A DNA stretch of 64,000 nt, taken from assembly GCA_965198225.1 (NCBI GenBank), contig CBDAOY010000006.1, positions 352,001-416,000 on the forward strand, read 5' to 3'. The position numbers were made by a program, and so were the translations under genes. The DNA is from Terriglobia bacterium (GTDB taxonomy: Bacteria > Acidobacteriota > Terriglobia > 20CM-2-55-15). The number at the start of each line of letters is the position of its first letter. Position 1 is the stretch's first letter. The notes below the pieces were generated by a model. That model was not told the DNA's origin and made no database searches. It was given only the letters and a program-made list of their open reading frames with translations. This document shows positions 40,101 through 51,326 of this stretch, piece after piece.

Positions 40101-41675
40101 GGCAAAGAGTTGCTTGAAGTAGTTGAACAGGCTGGGTGCGCGATCCGACAGTACCGCCAGCGGCGTGTCGTTGCCCATCGAGCCCAGAGCTTCCTGGCTG
40201 TTTACCACCATCGGCGCCATCAGAATCCTCAGGTCTTCGTGCGTATAACCGAAGATCTGCTGACGGCGGAGAACCGTCGCATGGTTCGGTTCGGGAACTC
40301 GCGGCGCTTCGGGAAGGTCGCTGAGCCGGACCATGTTCTCGTCGAGCCATTCGCGATACGGATTGGCCGAGGCCATCTCACGCTTCAATTCCGTGTCGTC
40401 GATGATACGACCCTCACGGGTATCGACGAGGAACATCTTTCCAGGCTGGAGACGACCCTTGAAGGCCACCTCTTCGGCCGGGATGTCGAGCACACCCACT
40501 TCCGATGCCATGACGACCATGCCGTGTTTCGTGACCAGGTAGCGGGACGGGCGCAGGCCATTGCGATCCAGAACCGCTCCGATCACCCTGCCATCGGTGA
40601 ACGCGATCGAAGCCGGACCATCCCAGGGCTCCATCAAGCAGGAGTGATACTCGTAGAACGCCTTCTTCTCCTCACTCATGCTCTCATGCCCGTCCCAGGC
40701 CTCGGGAATGAGCATCATCACCGCATGGGGCAGTGAGCGGCCACACAAGACAAGCATTTCCAGCGCGTTGTCGAGCACGGCCGAATCGCTGCCGCCCTCG
40801 ACAAGCACGGGGAACAGGTCGGCGATGTCCTCCTCGAACAACTCCGACGAGAACAGGCCTTCCCGCGCCCGCATCCAGTTGATGTTTCCACGAAGGGTGT
40901 TGATCTCTCCGTTATGCGCCAGGTAACGGTACGGATGGGCAAGCGGCCAACTCGGAAAGGTGTTGGTGCTGAAACGCTGATGAACCAGCGCCAGCGCGGA
41001 GACCATCCGGGGGTCTCCGAGATCGGGGAAGTAAGTCTCGATCTGTTCGGCCGACAGCATGCCCTTGAAAACGATGGTTTGTGACGAAAGGCTGGCAACG
41101 TAGAACGCATCGCGACCTTCGACTGACGATTCACGAACCGCCCGCTCGGCGCGCTTCCTGACCAGCAGCAGAGTGCCCTCGAATCGATCGGCTGCCGTCT
41201 CATCACCACGGCCGATGAATACCTGACGTATGCGGGGTTCTCCCGCCTTCGCTGTGTTTCCGATCGGGGTGTTGTCGGTTGGGACGTCACGCCAGCCGAG
41301 CAGCCTCTGGCCGGTGCGGTAGACGGCGTCCTCGACGAGAGCCTGGATCTTCTGCGTTTCGCCGTCGTCGGGGGGGAGGAAAATCATGCCCACACCGTAG
41401 TCGCCGGGTTCGGGGAGCGCGATCCCGTTATCCCAGGTTTCCCTAAAGAACTCGTGCGGAATCTGCAGCAGAATTCCGGCGCCGTCACCAGTGTTTGCCT
41501 CGCTGCCCTTGGCGCCGCGATGGGCCAGGTTGTTCAGGACTTCCAGCGCCTGCCGGACGATCTCACGCGAACGATGCCCTGCCATGTCGACCACAAAACC
41601 GACACCACAGGCATCGTGTTCGAAACTGGGGTCGTACAACCCTTGCTTAGCTGGCATTGCTGGATTCATGTACAC
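37146..41675 (-). CDS. gltB: Glutamate synthase large subunit
   Basis: EHDACGVGF (Cys1), [41 protein letters not shown]. Confidence 0.98.
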   Translation of the reverse strand: MYMNPAMPAKQGLYDPSFEHDACGVGFVVDMAGHRSREIVRQALEVLNNLAHRGAKGSEANTGDGAGILLQIPHEFFRETWDNGIALPEPGDYGVGMIFLPPDDGETQKIQALVEDAVYRTGQRLLGWRDVPTDNTPIGNTAKAGEPRIRQVFIGRGDETAADRFEGTLLLVRKRAERAVRESSVEGRDAFYVASLSSQTIVFKGMLSAEQIETYFPDLGDPRMVSALALVHQRFSTNTFPSWPLAHPYRYLAHNGEINTLRGNINWMRAREGLFSSELFEEDIADLFPVLVEGGSDSAVLDNALEMLVLCGRSLPHAVMMLIPEAWDGHESMSEEKKAFYEYHSCLMEPWDGPASIAFTDGRVIGAVLDRNGLRPSRYLVTKHGMVVMASEVGVLDIPAEEVAFKGRLQPGKMFLVDTREGRIIDDTELKREMASANPYREWLDENMVRLSDLPEAPRVPEPNHATVLRRQQIFGYTHEDLRILMAPMVVNSQEALGSMGNDTPLAVLSDRAPSLFNYFKQLFAQVTNPPLDAIREELVTSTISYVGAERNLLHPDPESCQQIKMLSPILDNAELARLSQISRPGFSAETLSMVFPVSERAAGMERVLDELCRDASRAIDEGVNILVLSDRGVDREFSPIPSLLAVAGLHHHLVREGKRTRAAIVVETGEAREVHHYCLLIGYGATAINPYLAFETLDDLIRENLIEVTHSEAINHYIKAVKKGIVKVMSKMGISTLQSYRGAQIFEAIGLNQEFVDRYFTWTASRIDGIGLTEIAEEILAHHRRAFPERPVRSPDLEWGGQYQWRREGEYHMYNPATIHMLQYSTRRNDYSLFKKFSEAANRTDRRLCTLRGLLDFKFADEPVPIDEVEPVDSIVTRFATGAMSFGSISKEAHETLAIAMNRIGGKSNTGEGGEDPARFTPDPNGDSRSSAIKQVASGRFGVTGEYLVNSRELQIKMAQGAKPGEGGQLPGYKVDENIARVRYSTPGVGLISPPPHHDIYSIEDLAQLIFDLKNSNPRARISVKLVAEVGVGTVAAGVSKAHSDVVLISGDSGGTGASPLTSIKHAGIPWELGLAETHQVLVANDLRSRIIVQTDGQLKTGRDVVIATLLGAEEYGFSTAALIVTGCIMMRVCHLNTCPVGIATQDSRLRKKFDGDAEHVVNYFRFVAEEVRELMARLGFRTVDEMVGRMDRLETRKAIDHWKGKKLDLTPILYRPNVSPSVGTRKMKEQDHGIASVLDNRLIELASEALEKKHPLEIEMPIRNSNRTTCTMLGSEVSRRYGADGLPEDTIRAHFTGSAGQSFGAFVPQGMTLTLEGDANDYMAKGLSGGRIIVYPPKESDFLPEENIIVGNVVLYGATGGEVFIRGVAGERFAVRNSGAVTVVEGVGDHGCEYMTGGRVVVLGRTGRNFAAGMSGGIAYVLDLEGDFAQHCNLEMVDLERLDIAAEESFVRFVIERHVNYTDSDYARDILEHWGENRSRFVKVMPLDYRRVLNERSGKHKEMVQHG

Positions 41676-41815
41676 GGGGATTCTCGATTCGGCGACTCAG
41701 TTCTCTGAGTCTCCCTCGATCGGAAAGCCCGGCTGGATCTTCCGATGCTACGGGTAGCGTTACACTTTACTTAATTTAAGAAAATAAGTCATCTCGAAAA
41801 ATACAATTACTTTGC

Positions 41816-41830
41816 ATAAGAGACGCTTAT
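41816..41830. promoter_or_regulatory. LysR-type T-N11-A binding palindrome in the gltB/LysR divergent promoter
   Basis: ATAAG-agacg-CTTAT within an AT-rich intergenic region. Confidence 0.65.
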
Positions 41831-41849
41831 TCTGTACATTCCTTACCGG

Positions 41850-42764
41850 ATGAATTTTGAAACCTTGTTCCTCTACTGCGACGTCATTCGCTCGAACAGC
41901 TTCTCGCTGGGAGCCGCGGCACATCAGATTTCGCAATCGGCAGCCAGCCAGGCGGTGCGGCAACTCGAGCAGGAGCTGGGAGTCCAGCTCATCGACCGGA
42001 CGAAGCGTCCGTTCATGGTGACCCGTGAGGGAGGCGTCTTCTTCGAAGCATGCCAGGAGATTGTCGAGTGTTTCGAGAAAGCGAAGGCGGAGATCACTTC
42101 CGAGAATGCCCGGATCGAAGGCACCGTTCGCGTCGCGGTGATCTACTCGGTCGGGTTGCAGGATATGGGATGGTATACGCAGCAGTTCACCAGTCTTTAC
42201 AGCCGCGCAAGAATCCGGCTGGCGTACCTGCATCCGGAAGAAGTGGTCGAGGCGGTTATATCGAACGGCGCCGACCTCGGTATCCTGTCTTTCCCAAGCC
42301 CGCACCGCTCGCTCACGGTCATTCCGTGGCACTCGGAACCGATGGTCTTCGTATGCTCATCCAACCATCCGCTTGCGGCCCGGGAACTCGTCGGCGCTCC
42401 CGAAATCGCCGACCAACGGTTTGTGGCGTTCGACAAGACGCTTTCGATCCGTCGGGCAATCGACCGCGCGCTGCGGGTGCGCGGCTTCAAGGCCGACGTC
42501 GCGATGCAGTTCGACAACATCGAAACGATCAAACAGGCCATCACCACCGAGGCGGGTGTCAGCATCCTGCCACGCCCAAGCGTCAACCGCGAAGTGGAGG
42601 ACGGCGTCCTTACCGCGGTTCCTCTGGACATGCCGGAGTTGATTCGTCCCGTCGGGATCATCCACCGCCGCCAGAAGCTCCTAACCCCCACGACGTCAGC
42701 ACTGATGGACTTTCTGCGGCAGTATCGGCCGGGGGAGAGAGCTGTGGGGAGTAGTAGTCGGTAG
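41850..42764 (+). CDS. LysR family transcriptional regulator (GltC-like position)
   Basis: SFSLGA..ISQSAASQAVRQLEQELGVQLIDR HTH; divergent from gltBD. Confidence 0.92.
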   Translation: MNFETLFLYCDVIRSNSFSLGAAAHQISQSAASQAVRQLEQELGVQLIDRTKRPFMVTREGGVFFEACQEIVECFEKAKAEITSENARIEGTVRVAVIYSVGLQDMGWYTQQFTSLYSRARIRLAYLHPEEVVEAVISNGADLGILSFPSPHRSLTVIPWHSEPMVFVCSSNHPLAARELVGAPEIADQRFVAFDKTLSIRRAIDRALRVRGFKADVAMQFDNIETIKQAITTEAGVSILPRPSVNREVEDGVLTAVPLDMPELIRPVGIIHRRQKLLTPTTSALMDFLRQYRPGERAVGSSSR

Positions 42765-42893
42765 TCGGTAATCAGGATCGTCGTTTGCCAACTTGTCTGC
42801 GTACGGAACACCCGGGGACAGGGCAAGCCCTGTCCCCCTCACATTGGCTCTTTCACGAACCTTTCTGCGCAGCAACTTGCCACTTCTTGTTGA

Positions 42894-43820
42894 TCAGTAG
42901 ATCGTGATCGGTACGGGTGTAAAGCACAACACGAGCATCGCGAGTGCGATCCAACCCAGGGCAACCTGACGCGGGCCAAGCGGCACGGTGTCGTCGAGAG
43001 TGGGAGGGTGCCGCGTTCCCAGCAGCGCCAGCAGGAAAATCCACACCAACCAGCCGGGCCAGAAGAAGACCCCCATGGGGAGCAGGGCAAAAATCAAGAC
43101 CTGGGAGATCCGCCTGTGGAGGCGCCCGAACAGCGCGTAAGCGATATGTCCTCCGTCGAGCTGCCCGACGGGAAGCAGGTTCAGCGCGGTCAGAAAGAAG
43201 CCAAACCACGCTGCGAGCCCCACGGGGTGGAGAAACACATCCTGCCCTGCCGGTGGCGTCGCCCCGACCAGGAAGGAGATTGTCTTGTAGGCGAGGGGTT
43301 CGCCGAACATAATCAACCCTTCCGCGGGTTCCATCGGTCCGAACCGGGACTGCGTCAGCGCGAGGGCCAGGATCGGAATCGCGAGTACGAAACCCGCAAT
43401 CGGCCCGGCCACGCCAACCTCGAGCAGAGACGCCCGATCGTGAAAGGGCGATCGGATCCGGATGAACGCCCCGAGTGTGCCAATCAGCGACGGGAAAGGG
43501 ATGAAGTAAGGCAACGTCGCAGAAATGCCATAATAGCGGCACGTAAGGTAGTGGCCCATCTCATGGGCCAGCAGGATCGACAGGATCGCGATCGAAAAGG
43601 GGAGGCCGCGGAACAGAACGGTGGGGTTTCGGAAAATCTCTTGAAGCGTCCCACCGGGAGCAGCCGAAAGGTCTTGCTCCCATGCGGCCATCATGACCGT
43701 GCCGACCACCAAAGTCGTGAAACCAGTGGCGATAAAGAGGGCAACGTTCAGCCACGGAAACGGTTCGGCCCGCAGGGTCAGCGTCGGCTCGGAATAACCG
43801 TTGAGAACGTCGTGGTCCAT
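42894..43820 (-). CDS. Site-2 protease family (M50) membrane metalloprotease
   Basis: HEMGH, AGPIAG, NLLPVGQLDGGH; ATG at 43820. Confidence 0.92.
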   Translation of the reverse strand: MDHDVLNGYSEPTLTLRAEPFPWLNVALFIATGFTTLVVGTVMMAAWEQDLSAAPGGTLQEIFRNPTVLFRGLPFSIAILSILLAHEMGHYLTCRYYGISATLPYFIPFPSLIGTLGAFIRIRSPFHDRASLLEVGVAGPIAGFVLAIPILALALTQSRFGPMEPAEGLIMFGEPLAYKTISFLVGATPPAGQDVFLHPVGLAAWFGFFLTALNLLPVGQLDGGHIAYALFGRLHRRISQVLIFALLPMGVFFWPGWLVWIFLLALLGTRHPPTLDDTVPLGPRQVALGWIALAMLVLCFTPVPITIY

Positions 43821-43845
43821 GACCGAGGGGGGACGTTCCAAGCCG

Positions 43846-44112
43846 CTACAACGACTGCAAGTCTTTGCCGGGCTTGAAACGCACAGCCTTGCCTGGAGGA
43901 ATACTAACCTCGGAGCCTGTGCGGGGATTGCGCCCGATGCCGGTCTTCCGCGGTTTGACGGAGAAGACGCCAAAGCCACGAAGTTCAATCCGATCATCGC
44001 GTTTCAGGGCGTTCTTCATGGACGCAAAGATGGTGTCGACCGCCTGTTCGGCTTTGGTCTTACTGACACCCGTTCGGGCGACGATCTGATTGACAAGATC
44101 GACCTTAATCAC
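43846..44112 (-). CDS. HU/IHF family DNA-binding protein
   Basis: IELRGFGVF..GRNPRTG..VRFKPGK; SD ggagg. Confidence 0.93.
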   Translation of the reverse strand: MIKVDLVNQIVARTGVSKTKAEQAVDTIFASMKNALKRDDRIELRGFGVFSVKPRKTGIGRNPRTGSEVSIPPGKAVRFKPGKDLQSL

Positions 44113-44183
44113 AGTTAACCTCCATTCACTTAGGCTATCTCTTTTGAATACATATTTTTACCATCGAAAAGGGGCGTTAGGCA

Positions 44184-44756
44184 ATGGCAATTAAACCCGA
44201 CTCGTGGATCCGCCAAAAAGCCGAGGAAGGAATGATCGAGCCTTTCAGCGCGGAGCAGATCGCGAAAGGTATGATTTCCTACGGGTTATCGTCGTACGGA
44301 TATGATCTGAGGCTGGCCGACGAGTTTAAAATATTCACTCCGCCGCCCGATGCCATCATCGATCCAAAGTCAATCCCACCAGAGTATTACCGCGACCATC
44401 GAGGTCCCCATTGCGAGATACCACCGAACGGCTACGTCCTCGGTCGGACCCTGGAGTACCTCCGAATCCCGCGCGACGTCCTGACCCTGTCGACGGGCAA
44501 GTCCACCTACGCCAGGGCCGGCGTCCTCATCAACGTCACGCCGTTCGAGCCGGAGTGGGAGGGATTCGTAACTGTCTCAATCGCAAACACAACGCCGGTT
44601 CCCGTTCGCATATACGCCAACGAGGGACTGTGCCAGGTGATCTTTTTCCAATCCGATGAGCCGTGCGAGGTCTCTTACAAGGACCGAAAAGGTAAGTATC
44701 AGGCACAGAAGAAGATTGAGTTTTCGAAAACGGAAGAGGAAGAAAGTAATCCGTAG
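44184..44756 (+). CDS. dcd: dCTP deaminase
   Basis: [41 protein letters not shown]. Confidence 0.95.
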   Translation: MAIKPDSWIRQKAEEGMIEPFSAEQIAKGMISYGLSSYGYDLRLADEFKIFTPPPDAIIDPKSIPPEYYRDHRGPHCEIPPNGYVLGRTLEYLRIPRDVLTLSTGKSTYARAGVLINVTPFEPEWEGFVTVSIANTTPVPVRIYANEGLCQVIFFQSDEPCEVSYKDRKGKYQAQKKIEFSKTEEEESNP

Positions 44757-44907
44757 GCCGTTGGAATCTCAGCGGCGGTCTTGGACCGCCGGTTTCCGGA
44801 GTATGACGAAGCAACCGCGCCCGAGTGACGAGTGACGATGAATGACAACTACGAGATTAGAATCAGCAATCAAGGCCAGGCGTCTTCAACGGCCTACGGG
44901 CAACGGG

Positions 44908-45480
44908 CTACGGCCTACTTCTCCCCTTTTCCCAACGCTTTATCGGGACCAGATCCAAACCCCAGAAGTCCAACGCCCGACCGACAGTGTGGTCCACTAT
45001 TTCGGAGATCGATTCCGGTCTGGTGTAGAAGGCCGGCAGCGGCGGCATGATGATGGCCCCCATCCGTGTCGCGTCGAGCATCAGGCGACAGTGGCCTTCG
45101 TTCAAGGGGGTTTCTCGAAACAGTAGCAAGAGTCGACGGCGTTCCTTCAGCGTCACATCCGCTGCACGCGTCAGGAGGTTGTCGTTGGAACAGTTTGCGA
45201 CCGATGACAGGGTCTTCACCGAGCACGGGGCGACGATCATCCCATCTGAGGAAAACGATCCGCTCGAGATCGATGAGGCCATGTCCCGAATACCGTGAAC
45301 CTGATCGGCAAGGGCCTCCACCGCTTTGATCGAAAAGTCGGTCTCCATCAAGATCGTGGCTCGACCCATCTCGGTTATCACAAGATGCGTCTCGATGTCG
45401 CTCCGCTCTGCGAAGAGTTCCAGGAGTCGGATGCCGTAAATGACGCCGGATGCGCCGGAGATGCCGATGATGATTCTCAT
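44908..45480 (-). CDS. ubiX: Flavin prenyltransferase UbiX
   Basis: GISGASG, SSGSF, APCS, RAADVTLKERR, RETP, PAFY. Confidence 0.95.
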   Translation of the reverse strand: MRIIIGISGASGVIYGIRLLELFAERSDIETHLVITEMGRATILMETDFSIKAVEALADQVHGIRDMASSISSGSFSSDGMIVAPCSVKTLSSVANCSNDNLLTRAADVTLKERRRLLLLFRETPLNEGHCRLMLDATRMGAIIMPPLPAFYTRPESISEIVDHTVGRALDFWGLDLVPIKRWEKGRSRP

Positions 45481-45488
45481 GGTTCAGT

Positions 45489-45554
45489 GTAGGTGCGGTC
45501 TATGACCGCACATTCTTCGGACCGCAACGATGTGCGCTCATAGAGCGCACCTAC
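45489..45554. repeat. GTAG-family REPIN
   Basis: gtaggtgcggtctatgaccgcac ... gtgcgctcatagagcgcacctac. Confidence 0.88.
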
Positions 45555-45560
45555 AACTAC

Positions 45561-45893
45561 TCATAACTTGTCCGCACACTCCCCACACGGGCACAGCGCT
45601 CGCAGCCTGTCGAAACTGTAGATACCGGTCCGGTGTCCGTCGCTCCATTCAAACTGCAGGGCGTACTGCCCGACCAATTCGATCTGCCTGAACTCGAGTG
45701 AATCCGGGACGTGGATGGGCAGTATCAGTCGTTGTCCGGTGTCTTCGTCCTGACAGGTTGCGCACGGGCAGAGGCCACGAAGGACGGGTCCGACGTAATG
45801 GCTCTCATGACCGTCGGACCACTGGATCATCAACTCCTGCGGCGTCACCTTCTTGATCTTGACCGGATCGGTCGACCCTCCGGGGGCCGCCAT
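45561..45893 (-). CDS. DUF971 (GBBH-like N-terminal) domain protein
   Basis: WSDGH..LRGLCPCATC, VGQYALQFEWSDGHRTGIYSF. Confidence 0.9.
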   Translation of the reverse strand: MAAPGGSTDPVKIKKVTPQELMIQWSDGHESHYVGPVLRGLCPCATCQDEDTGQRLILPIHVPDSLEFRQIELVGQYALQFEWSDGHRTGIYSFDRLRALCPCGECADKL

Positions 45894-46994
45894 CTATTCG
45901 ACCTCCAGGACCGGTGCGTTGTAGTTTCGGATGCTGATTTGCGCCGCCAGGCGTTCGGAGATCTCGCGAAGAACGATGCTGCTTGCCGCGTCCGGCTGAG
46001 CGGTGACGATCGGGGACCCCGCGTCACCGTGCGTTCGGATCGGCAGGTCGAGAGGCACCTCGCCGAGGAACGGTATGTCGAGTTGCTCGGCCGCACGGCG
46101 CGCTCCGCCTTCTCCAAAGATATAGTCCTTCGAATCACAGTGAGGGCAGATGTAGTACGACATGTTCTCGACGATCCCGAGAATTGGCACTTTGGTCTGC
46201 TCAAACATTCGGAGCGTCTTCATCGAGATCGTCAGCCCGACGTCCTGTGGTGTCGAGACAATCACGGCGCCAGTCAGCGGCACCGACTGGGCCAGGGTGA
46301 GGTGGACGTCGCCGGTTCCCGGCGGCATGTCGACGATCAGGTAGTCCAGTTCGCCCCAGTTCACATCGAACAGGCATTGCTGCAACGCCTTGTGCGCCAT
46401 CGGGCCGCGCCAGATCAGGGGTTGGTCGGGCGACTTGACCATAAGTCCCATCGACATGAACTTTAAGCCGGCCGACTCCTGCGGCGTTATCTTGTTGGCC
46501 ACGTTGGCCGGTGCTGCAGTGACTCCGAGCATGATCGGGATCGTCGGACCGTAGATGTCGCCGTCGAGAAGTCCCACTCGCGCGCCAACCTGGGCCAGGG
46601 AGGCTGCCAGATTGACGGCAATCGTCGACTTCCCGACCCCGCCTTTGCCGCTTCCCACCGCGACGATGTTACGGACGTTCGAGAGCGTTCCCTTCTCCAT
46701 ACGCGGCGCCTGCCGGACCTCGGCGGTCAAGTTGATGTTCACGCTGGTCACCCCGGGCAGGGACTCGACCAGCGAAGCCGCCTCGTCGCGCATCTGGTCC
46801 TTCACCGGGCAGGCCGGAGTGGTCAGGTTCAGGTCGAACGTGATGGCACCGTCTTCGGCCTTGAGGTTTCGGATGAACCCGAGCGAGACGATGTCTTTTC
46901 CGAGGTCGGGGTCGAGCACTTTGCGCAGCTCACTGAGCACCCGCTCCTCAACGGATGCCCCTGCCGAGCCGTTCTGGTTGTCCTGGCAGGCCAT
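45894..46994 (-). CDS. mrp: Mrp/ApbC/NBP35 Fe-S cluster carrier ATPase
   Basis: N-terminal DPDL..DIV..LTTPACP; GKGGVGKS; DMPPGTGD; ENMS..CPHC. Confidence 0.95.
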   Translation of the reverse strand: MACQDNQNGSAGASVEERVLSELRKVLDPDLGKDIVSLGFIRNLKAEDGAITFDLNLTTPACPVKDQMRDEAASLVESLPGVTSVNINLTAEVRQAPRMEKGTLSNVRNIVAVGSGKGGVGKSTIAVNLAASLAQVGARVGLLDGDIYGPTIPIMLGVTAAPANVANKITPQESAGLKFMSMGLMVKSPDQPLIWRGPMAHKALQQCLFDVNWGELDYLIVDMPPGTGDVHLTLAQSVPLTGAVIVSTPQDVGLTISMKTLRMFEQTKVPILGIVENMSYYICPHCDSKDYIFGEGGARRAAEQLDIPFLGEVPLDLPIRTHGDAGSPIVTAQPDAASSIVLREISERLAAQISIRNYNAPVLEVE

Positions 46995-47088
46995 GGTTCC
47001 TTCTCCTTATATGCTTCGCTTACGTCACCTCTCCAAACTCTCTATTGTACACGGGCGGGGCCTGGTGGCCCCTCAGTGACGATTGATT

Positions 47089-47154
47089 GTACGTGCGCTC
47101 ATAGAGCGCAGGTTTGTGCCGGCCGGAAGATGTGCGGTCGTAGACCGCACCTAC
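47089..47154. repeat. Degenerate GTAG-family REP pair
   Basis: gtgcgctcatagagcgca ... gtgcggtcgtagaccgcacctac. Confidence 0.75.
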
Positions 47155-47317
47155 ACCCACTTGTCACTTCTTCCAACCAAATAACTGCAGCAGATTCCAG
47201 CATAGCGGTTTATTATCGTTGGTTCGGATCATACCGACGGGCGGCGCAGACTTGCGCCGCTTCTCCTCTATTCCGTCTCGACCCGACCACTCAATTCATA
47301 AAGGAACGAACAGACTT

Positions 47318-48394
47318 ATGAAGACTTATAAGATCGGCGCCCTTCCCGGCGACGGTATCGGTCCCGAAGTCGCCGGCGAAGGACTCAAGGTGCTCCGAGT
47401 TGTTTCCGAGATCGACGGCTTCAGCTACGAGACCGTCGACTATCCCTACAGTGGGGAACATTATTTAAAGACGAAAGAACTGGTCCCCGACAGCGTGATC
47501 GACGAGTGGAAGGAACTCGACGCGGTGTTCCTTGGCGCGATCGGTCACCCCGATGTCGAAACCGGGCTCGTGGAACGGTCCGTGATCCTCGGACTGCGCT
47601 TCGGCCTGGACCTCTACGTCAACCTGCGACCGATCAAGCTCTACGCCGAGCACCTCTGCCCGCTCAAAGACAAGAAGCCCGAGGACGTCGATCTCATCGT
47701 CGTTCGCGAAAACACCGAGGGCCTGTACTCCCAGGTCGGCGGCATCGTCAAGAAGGGCATGCCCGATGAAGTTGCGACCGTGGTCGGCGTCTACACCGGT
47801 AGCGGTGTCGGGCGGGCCATCCGCTACGCGTTCGACCTCGCCGAAGGTCGGAAGAAAGCCCGGGGCCACGGAAAGCTGACCCTCGTCGACAAGGCGAACG
47901 CCATCCGGTCGCACGATCTCTGGACCCGCCGTTTCGCCGAAATCGGGAAGGAACATCCGGGCATCGAGATGGACCACGCCTACGTCGACGCCTGCTGCAT
48001 GTGGCTGGTGAAGAACCCGGAATGGTTCGACGTGATCGTTACGACCAACCTTTTTGGCGACATCATCACCGATCTTGGAGCGATGATCCAGGGTGGCATG
48101 GGCATCGCGGCATCCGGAAACATCCATCCCGGCAAGCACGGCATGTTCGAACCGATCCACGGTTCGGCGCCGAAGTACGCGGGCAAGAACGTCGCGAACC
48201 CGCTCGGCGCTATAGCGGCGGTCAGCATGATGCTGGACTTCCTTGGTGAGAAGAAGGCGGCCGACCGCGTGGAGAACGCGATCGCGAAGTTGTTGTCTTC
48301 GAAGAGAATCCCTTCGCTCGACGCCCGGAGCGGGCTGAGCACGACCGAGATCGGCGACATGGTCGTTGACACCGTGCGACAATCTATCGAGTAG
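47318..48394 (+). CDS. leuB: 3-isopropylmalate dehydrogenase (isocitrate/isopropylmalate dehydrogenase family)
   Basis: PGDGIGPEV, NLRP, RENTEGLY, NLFGDIITDL, FEPIHGSAP. Substrate specificity is inferred. Confidence 0.85.
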   Translation: MKTYKIGALPGDGIGPEVAGEGLKVLRVVSEIDGFSYETVDYPYSGEHYLKTKELVPDSVIDEWKELDAVFLGAIGHPDVETGLVERSVILGLRFGLDLYVNLRPIKLYAEHLCPLKDKKPEDVDLIVVRENTEGLYSQVGGIVKKGMPDEVATVVGVYTGSGVGRAIRYAFDLAEGRKKARGHGKLTLVDKANAIRSHDLWTRRFAEIGKEHPGIEMDHAYVDACCMWLVKNPEWFDVIVTTNLFGDIITDLGAMIQGGMGIAASGNIHPGKHGMFEPIHGSAPKYAGKNVANPLGAIAAVSMMLDFLGEKKAADRVENAIAKLLSSKRIPSLDARSGLSTTEIGDMVVDTVRQSIE

Positions 48395-48535
48395 GAACTC
48401 CTCTCCCTTATGGGCAGGGGTGGATGCGCCAAGGGCGCAGAAGGGTGGTTCTTTGCGCCACCCCTTCTCATCTGAGGAGAGGAGTGAAAGGTTTGAAAGC
48501 AGGGATTTAGAGCACGAGAGGACGCGTGCGTTTCG

Positions 48536-50831
48536 ATGTCACCCAGTTCTGAAAACGAAAAACCCGCGGCTGACCCGAGTCCGGACGTCGAACTCCTCAA
48601 GACGCTCGCCTCGGTCTCCCCTGTCGGCATCCTCCGTGCCGATCCTCGCCGCTACTGTACCTACATCAACCAGAAGTGGACCGAGATCTCCGGCCACACG
48701 CTCGAGCAGGCTCGAGGTCTCGGCTGGCTCCGGGCTTTCCACCCGGAGGACCGTCGTCGGGTCTTTGCCGAATGGGAAGAGGCCGACCGGGGGCGCCGGC
48801 CCTACCGTTCCGAGTTCCGGTTCCGGAGACCCGACGGTGTGACGACCTGGCTCTACGGACAGGCGGTCGCTGAGCGTTCCCTCGATGGCCGGATTACCGG
48901 CTACATCGGGACGGTTACCGATATCACCGAGCACAAGGAAGCTGAAGAGGCGCTCCGGCGGGCACACGAGAGGGCGCGGGCGAGCGAGGAACGTTTCCGC
49001 GACCTCGTCGAATCGGCGCCCGACGGCGTGGTGGTGTTTGACGTCGACGGGCGGATAACCCTGGTGAATGCTCGGGCCGTCGAGATGTTCGGGTATGAAC
49101 GCGATGAGTTCCTGAAGCTCCCGGTCGATGAGCTTGTCAGGGGGAGCACGAAACTTGGTCCTGGCCGGGGAAAGGAACGTGACCAACAACCGGTCCGCGG
49201 AAGACTGGAAATGTCGGCGAAGCGACGGGACGGGACGCTCTTCCCGGCAGAGATACACCTGAACCCGATCGAGGGCAGTCCCGAACACGGCACCATCGCA
49301 CTGGTTCGGGACCTGACCGAGCGCCTCCGGCAAATGGAGGCGCAGTTGAAACTCGCGGCTCTTATCGACGCGTCCGAAGACGCCATCATCGACTCGACGC
49401 TGGACGGAACCATCACGGGCTGGAGCAAGGGTGCTGAGAGAACCTTCGGATACACGGCTACAGAAATCATCGGACAACCCGCTTCGGTCCTGATTCCCGA
49501 TTCCTTCCCCTCCGAAGAACGCGACCTCATAAACAGGAGGATTCTGAAAGGGGAGAGGGTGGTCGTCCCCGAGACAATCCGCCTGGGCAAGGGTGGAAAG
49601 AGCATCGACGTGTCGCTGGCGTTCTCGCCCGTACAGGATCGGCACGGCGGGATCGTCGGCATCGCGGTTATCTGCCGCGATATAACGGAACAGAAGCTCA
49701 TGGAGCGGCAGTTTCACGAAGCCCAGAAGATGGATGCGATCGGGAGGCTCGCCGGTGGCGTTGCCCACGACTTCAACAACCTGCTGACGGTTATCACCGG
49801 GTACAGCAGCCTGCTCGGTGAAGAAATGTCGGCCAATCATCCGGCCCGAGTGCGGATCCAGGCGATCCGAAAGGCATCAGAACAGGCAACCGATCTCACA
49901 CGCCGCTTACTCGCTTTCGGTCACAGACAGGATGCCGAGCCCAGGGTACTGAACCTGGACACAACTGTTCGGGACATGGATCGGATGCTGCGCAGCGTGT
50001 TGGGTGAAAGCGTCGTGTTCGAAACCGAACTCGACGGCCGACTCGGCAACATCGCGATCGACCCCACACTCCTCGAGCAGGTGATCATCAACCTGGCCAC
50101 GAACGCTCGGGACGCAATGCCGGCTGGAGGAAGGCTGATCATACAGACATCGGAAGCCACCTTCGAAGAGCCTCGCGCGGACTCGCACAACTCGATCCAA
50201 CCCGGTCGCTACGCGCTGCTGGCCGCGACAGACACGGGTTTCGGCATGAACGAGGAAACGCTGGCTCATGTCTTCGAGCCGTTCTTCACAACCAAGGAGC
50301 CCGGGAAAGGCACGGGACTTGGCATGGCGACAACTTACGGCACGGTTCGCCAGTGCGGCGGTGCGGTCGGCGTTTCGAGCAAACCGGGCGAAGGGACGAC
50401 CTTCCGCGTGTATTTTCCCGTCGTCGATGAGCCCCTTTCCCCGGCTGAAATGACAGAGATGATCAGGAACGTCCCGGCCGCCGACGCCCGCGTGCTTCTG
50501 GTGGAAGACAACGAACCGCTTCGAAGGCTCGCGGCCGAAATCCTTCGGGGGAAAGGTTACGGGGTGATCGAGGCGCACGGGCCAGTGGACGCGCTCGGTC
50601 GTCTGTCCGGTTCGAGCCCGGATCTCATACTGACCGATGTTGTGATGCCGGAAATGAGCGGCGCAGAGATGATCGACCGCATGGAAACGATGGGGTTGGA
50701 CGGGGTTCGGGTGCTTTACATGTCCGGATACACGAGCGATGCGCTGGACGGTCGGGGTGATACTACGTAAGCCGTTCACGCCCACGCAGTTGCTGCGGAA
50801 GGTGGCCGAAGTCTTGAAGAGGGATGCGTAG
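48536..50831 (+). CDS. Hybrid PAS sensor histidine kinase/response regulator (CckA-like); one-base frameshift at G-run 50754-50757
   Basis: Three PAS domains, [23 protein letters not shown], receiver DVVMP. The missing KPFT..LLRKV tail is in another frame and ends at TAG 50831. Confidence 0.88.
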
Positions 50832-51326
50832 GAACGGCCATCGAATCCCACGCGGACACAAAAAGGCAAGAAGAGGAACGGCGTGTCGTCCGAGGATCCC
50901 CTGGGATTTGGTTCCCGATCTACACCCATTTATATACCTCGACGTATGTTAATCAGAGAATCCGGGCGCGAGACAGTCGTTGGCGACGTCGTGTACAACC
51001 CCCATTTTAACTTGACACCATCAATATACGATTAGTACCTTACCGTACAGGGATTAGTGTCACACGCTCAAGGGTTTATGGACAAAAAGAGGGGACGCTT
51101 CAGTTGACCGCCAGGTAAGGCGATACCGTTCCTTCGTCGCTCGTTCTGAATTCCCTGTCCCTAGACCCGTCGAAACCCCGGCCGCCCGGCCGGGACTGCG
51201 GGCCGGGAGGTAGTGTGACCAGGAGGAGGAAATCGGTCCAACCGGTTTTCATTCTTGAGCCAGTAACTGAGTAAGTAACTGTAGGGTCCGCCAGTCGAGA
51301 CCGGCGTACTCTATGGGGGGTAACCA

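Noticed and set aside
51060-51326. Cobalamin or other riboswitch in the long leader of the TonB receptor
   Set aside because: There are GC-rich hairpins but no recognisable B12 box or other conserved aptamer; an Rfam scan would be needed.
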